From positions 30,670,441 to 30,710,157 of the forward strand of contig NC_068995.1 in the NCBI RefSeq assembly GCF_001194135.2: 39,717 nucleotides of DNA. Direction: 5' to 3'. Positions within the stretch are counted from its first letter, which is position 1. The number at the start of each line of letters is the position of its first letter. A model generated the notes under the pieces. The model worked only from the letters and a program-made list of their open reading frames with translations, searched no databases and was not told the origin of the DNA. Source of the DNA: Octopus bimaculoides. Lineage: Eukaryota. A program made the translations under genes and the position numbers. Shown here one piece after another: positions 35,301-39,717 of this stretch.

Positions 35301-35525
35301 AAGGCAGCGAGCTAGCAGCAACGTTTCCCTGCCGGGCGAAATGCTTAGCAGTATTTCGTTTGTCTTTATGTTCTGTGTTCAAATTCCGCCGAGGTCGACT
35401 TTGCCTTTCATCCTTTCGGGGTCGATAAATTAAGTACCAGTTGCGCACTGGGTTCGATCTAATCGACTGCCCCCCCCCCCCAAAAAAAAATTTCAGGCCT
35501 TGTGCCAAGAGTAGAGAAGAATATT
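35301..35525 (+). mobile_element. Full-length tRNA-derived SINE (aaggcagcgagct… family)
   Basis: A-box-like head and B-box gttcaaattccgcc, then tttgcctttcatcctttcggggtcgataaa and a tail ending ggccttgtgcc. Minus-strand relatives at 12215-12340, 24030-24110, 25071-25198 and 36958-37594. Confidence 0.8.
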
Positions 35526-35929
35526 CTAATATACTGTGAATCTGCCTTCAGCGTCCATGACTGTGTAGTGGGAACATTCAGCAATCCCCCAATATCTCGA
35601 TTCGCTAGAATATCATCCATCTGACCAACAAAATCTGACCAATCACGACTTCGTGTAGAATAGGCTCCAGCGACAATTTCAACTTTTTGCATGTTCTTTT
35701 CTGGGTCCATCAGTCAGAATAAAATCGATACACAGTGACTACCAGACAGAGCGCTTTGGGATGTATCAGAGACGACACTCAGACGGACGGCGAACAGACG
35801 CGGGCAGCTGTTCAGAGCTGACATCATCATAATGATGCCCCTTTAAAAGTGAAAAGATGTGAGGCGGCACGACATGACCTTCATTCCTCACCACTCCTAA
35901 AACAATAACAGTTGCTGTGAGTCACGGGG

Positions 35930-36560
35930 ATATTTGAAGTATCTGGACGTAATTATCTAACATTTCTCCAGTTAAATTTTTGATCCTTGTCGAAGTTTTT
36001 CTCATCGAAGAAGAACCAAAGTATGCCATGTTCATGAAAGTTTTAACCTTTAGTAACCACTTGGCTTGGATTCAATGGTTTTCCTGTCTTCGTAGACATA
36101 GATTGGCCTCTTCTCAGTACTTGCGACTTGTATTGAAAGTCCTCCCTGCATCATAGTTCTGATAGTCCGCTCTGACACTTGAAATTCTTTGGCAATGGCC
36201 CGCATAGATTTTCCAGGATCATCATCGATGTTTTGAAGTCATTGGATGAAATGTGGTGTCCTTATAGTGTCCAAATGTTTAAAATGTGCTTTTTGTTTTG
36301 GTTTTTGGTTTTTGTTGTTTGTTTTTGTTTTGGAGGGTGTTGTCTTTTCTCATTGATACAGTTGAAATATTCTCGCCAGAGGCCTCCAATCTGCTCCAAA
36401 TTTTATGTACAAAAGATCTTGCAGTATTTAGAAAGTTGGCAATTTCTAAACCTTGATATTTTGCACATATGACAACAATAACTGCATGTATTTTTATTTC
36501 CTGTGTTAGCATTTTATATGTCATGAGAAATCTGAAAGAAATAAACCTTTTAATTGGTTT
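35930..36560 (-). mobile_element. Tc1/mariner-superfamily transposase relic
   Basis: Minus-strand translation gives EIANFLNTARSFVHKIWSRLEASG (HTH-like) and ILWFFFDEKNFDKDQKFN (first catalytic Asp region); frameshifted. Confidence 0.7.
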
Positions 36561-36841
36561 GAAGAGAGTAATATACTGATAATTTAGTGTCCTCAAATAC
36601 CCCTCGCAACACACACACCCACACACCCACACACACACACACACACACACACCACACACACACACATATATTTATATAATCTTTGCTAGAAGAAGTGGCC
36701 AAATCTTTTTTAAACTACACAATTACACAATGCCTGAAAACAAAATGAGATAATCACATTTAGAATGCCTTTAATCATAAGTCTACTCAGTCAGAGCTGA
36801 CCTGGAGTTAAATAACAAAAACAGTTAAAATAACTACCAAC

Positions 36842-36925
36842 CTGTAAAGGAAAGCATACTGTTCCTTATAAACATTTCGGCCAACAATTTCACTAACAGC
36901 AAACTGATACTTGATGCGGCTGCGA
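36842..36925 (-). CDS. DNASE1-like: DNase I-like exon: RSRIKYQFAVSEIVGRNVYKEQYAFLY(R)
   Basis: Acceptor aattttag and donor GTTGGT; 84 nt, phase 2 to 2. Carries the GRxxYKExY motif (Tyr76/Glu78 equivalents). Confidence 0.94.
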
Positions 36926-36957
36926 CTAAAATTTGGAAAAATAAAGTATATTTATAA

Positions 36958-37594
36958 CATTTTTGGCACAAGACCAGCAATTTCGGGGCAGGGGGAAAGT
37001 CAAGTACATCAACCCCAGCACTCAACAAGTACTTTTTTTATCGACCCTGAAATGATGAAAGGCAAAGTCAATCTGAGCAGAATTTGAACTCAGAATGTAC
37101 AGGCGGATGAAATGCTGCTGAGTATTTTGCCCAGCGTGCTAACAATTCTTCCAGTTTGCTACCTTAAATATAATTATATATTGGTTTCAAATGTTGGCAC
37201 AAGGCCAACAATTTGGGGGAGAGGGAGTAAGTTGATCACACTGACCCCAGTGAACAACTGGTACTTATTTTATCGACTTTGAAAAGATGAAAAGCAAAGT
37301 CAATCTTGGCAGAATTTGAACTCAGAATGTGAGGATGGACAAAATGCTACTAATCATTTTTCCTGGTGTGCTAACGATTCTACCCACTTGCTGCCTTAAT
37401 ATGTTTATAAATTGGTTTCAAATCTAAGCACAAGGCCAGCAATGTCAAAGGAATGGTTAAGTTGAATGCATCAACTCCAAAAGGATGAAAGGTACAGTTA
37501 ACTGTGGTGGAATTTAAACTTTGGACGTACAAACAGACCAAATGCTGCTAATCCTTTTGCCCAACTACTAACAATTCTGTCAGCTCGCCACCTT
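36958..37594 (-). mobile_element. Three head-to-tail SINE copies (36958-37165, 37191-37397, 37421-37594)
   Basis: Each runs gcacaag(g/a)cca(g/a)caa…(g)aattt(g/a)aact…ctaac(a/g)att…cctt, with similar AT-rich spacers ending ttggtttcaaa. Confidence 0.85.
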
Positions 37595-37699
37595 AAATAT
37601 AAGACACAGCCAACTACAGATACCATTGCCATCAAACAGATAAAGACTGTCCACCCTTCCCAGATAGAGGAAGGTAGCAAACAGTCTTCATGATGGACT

Positions 37700-39290
37700 C
37701 AGCTAATAGCTAAATCTGTCCAACATGCAGCAGCAACTATTCAACAAAATTCCACTGAACACTGGCCAAGTGCATGCAGAATGGTATCGTCACTCTGCAC
37801 TTATTTCAGACAGGTCTTCCAAACAGCACATCTGTGTTAATACAGTTTGGCTTAGATTGAAAGGCAGAGCAGGGATTTCTAGAAGTCATCCATAGGCTCC
37901 AGGCCACAAGTTCTCCAGAAAAGAGTAACCAGAAAATTTTCATCAGTGCCCAGCATTCTTCACCCTTCCCCACTACTAATCCAATAACAATTCTAATCTG
38001 CAAGTTCCACTTGCATTGCCCTACAGGTATAGGGCTGTGAACATCCAATAACATTCCAGGCATCCATCTTATTTTTCACTTGACCCAAAACTGCAGTTCC
38101 ATCCAATGATTAGTTGTAGATAAAATGCCTGACAAAGGATGACCACATTCACTTGCCACTAAGGAACCTTAGTAGGTGTATGCCACGTCAGCACATGCCA
38201 ACACATCAGCAACCACTGTATCAAGCCCTCCATGCAGAAGATGTTGACAGCAATGGACTGCCTGACAAGTGGAACAAGTCCTTTCTACGAGAAGTCAAAG
38301 TGCAGATAAAAATTAGGATAAGTCACAACAAGCAAACAATGATATATGATGGAAGTGATATTTGCAGTCACCACTTCTGCCCAGCCTTTCAAGGATAGCT
38401 TCCTTTCAATTCCTTTCTGTATGAGATTAACCACTCTGCTTGTAACTTCATCTTAGTTGCTATTGTAGTGGCTATTTGAAACCAAACCACTAGGTAACTG
38501 GTTAGACATCATGACCAAAACACAATAGTTTCATATGATCGGTCTATTAAGCAACCAATCAGTGTCAAACTGTGGCATGATTTAATCTTCTAGAATTTTC
38601 TTCTTATACTAGCTGCTTTTGGCAATAATTAATTGCAGAATATTGAGACAGCTGAATGATGTGTCTACATTTTTGCTACACCAGACATCACACATTTTTA
38701 CAGCCAGACAACCCAGCAAGGCAGCTAAGATAGATGGTGCAGATAGATAACAGGAACCTCCGGTGCCATGGTTATAGCACAATTGTTTCCAGTTATGTTG
38801 AGCTAGCCACATGTTGCCATATCAACAGCTTACCATTAACTCAAGCTGTATCTTTCTCCCAGTGTGTAATTATTGTTGTTGATATCTGTAAAAAGCCAAT
38901 GCAGTTTGTCTTTATGTGCAATAATAAAATCTTCTGTTAAATGTTTGCGAGTGTTGTTAGGTTACCTCTATATACAACCCAAGGAACATATTTTCATTCA
39001 CCAACTCAACCAGCTACCACAACAGCCAGCAACAACACACATCACCCAAGTGATACTATCAATAGAAATCTGGACCAAATCAAACCCTAAGAAACTTTAC
39101 TTTTCAGTGCCTCATGACACAACAGCATGGACTTGCTTCTTCAGATACCAACCTACCTTGTCCAGATTAATCTTTGTTAATGTCACTGCTTAATATTCCT
39201 TTAGAATTGTGCCAATCACCTCAATTTCCATTGTGAGTGACACCATCATGAGGATCTTGTAAAGACATGCATGCAAAATACAAACTTATT
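37700..39290 (-). mobile_element. Heavily decayed L1/Tx1-like LINE ORF2 relic
   Basis: Minus strand gives GTILKEY*AVTLTKINLDK (end of RT) near 39130-39210 and QSDDTILHALGQC (C-terminal zinc motif) near 37760-37800; many stops. Confidence 0.6.
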
Positions 39291-39481
39291 TTCTGTAAAG
39301 GATATAAACATCTGTGAAAATACCATCATTTAAGTGTGTCTGAAACTCAGTAGAGTTTGTTCAAATAGTAAACCAATGATTTGTCTATTGAAACCTGCAA
39401 TCAACAACCCTATCACTAACAAATTACTACATAAAATACAATAAATGTAAACCTCCATATTTAATTATTAATTTGACTTAC

Positions 39482-39570
39482 TAATTCAGTTTGGCAATTA
39501 AAGAAGGAAGTAATTGTTGGGTGGAATCTCTGATTTCCTGCAGCAATACAATATCATATCGTTTGATGAT
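39482..39570 (-). CDS. DNASE1-like: DNase I-like exon: IIKRYDIVLLQEIRDSTQQLLPSLIAKLN(Y)
   Basis: Acceptor ttttcag at 39571-39577 and donor GTAAGT after 39482; 89 nt, phase 0 to 2. Contains the LQE motif with the metal-binding Glu39 equivalent. Confidence 0.93.
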
Positions 39571-39654
39571 CTGAAAATGTCAAAGACAAAAATATATTTA
39601 ATGACTATTCTTCATGTTAACAGGATACATTCATTACTGCTGTAGAGATAAGAT

Positions 39655-39717
<63 letters not shown>

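Larger units (their letters stand above)
12570..39570 (-). other. DNASE1-like: Span of a deoxyribonuclease I-family gene: 6 coding exons in window, 5' end outside window
   Basis: Manual splicing of six GT-AG exons (89+84+119+268+97+84 = 741 nt) gives one open frame: IIKRYDIVLLQEIRD...YKEQYAFLYR...FSREPF...VGVHISP...MGDMNADC...HCAYDR...VSDHYPIE...VVG*. Phases are compatible at all five junctions. Confidence 0.96.

Overview
AT-rich, microsatellite-dense animal genomic DNA with five N gaps. The repeat families suggest a coleoid cephalopod such as Octopus; this is an inference from recalled repeat motifs, not a search. Most ORF-track entries are microsatellite or transposon artefacts. The main gene is a spliced DNase I-family gene on the minus strand. 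Six GT-AG exons (39482-39570, 36842-36925, 26594-26712, 20120-20387, 15066-15162, 12570-12653) join in frame to 246 aa plus stop, with all catalytic motifs intact; the 5' exon(s) lie beyond the right edge. A second minus-strand gene is represented by one 333-bp phase-1/phase-1 exon (1646-1978) encoding two tandem 4-Cys, Trp-rich modules resembling chitin-binding type-2/Pif-like domains. The rest is largely decayed mobile DNA: mariner/Tc1 relics, a Gypsy provirus lacking its 5' LTR, two other LTR remnants, a Penelope-like element with an inverted terminal segment, R4/Dong-like and L1/Tx1-like LINE fragments, tRNA-derived SINEs and MITEs. Best leads: predicted actin-resistance and hyperactivity residues in the DNase, fold-back elements carrying (TTAGGG)n cores, a degenerate minimal hammerhead-ribozyme-like motif, and the Cys-rich exon. 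I found no clear evidence for a wholly new multi-gene system.
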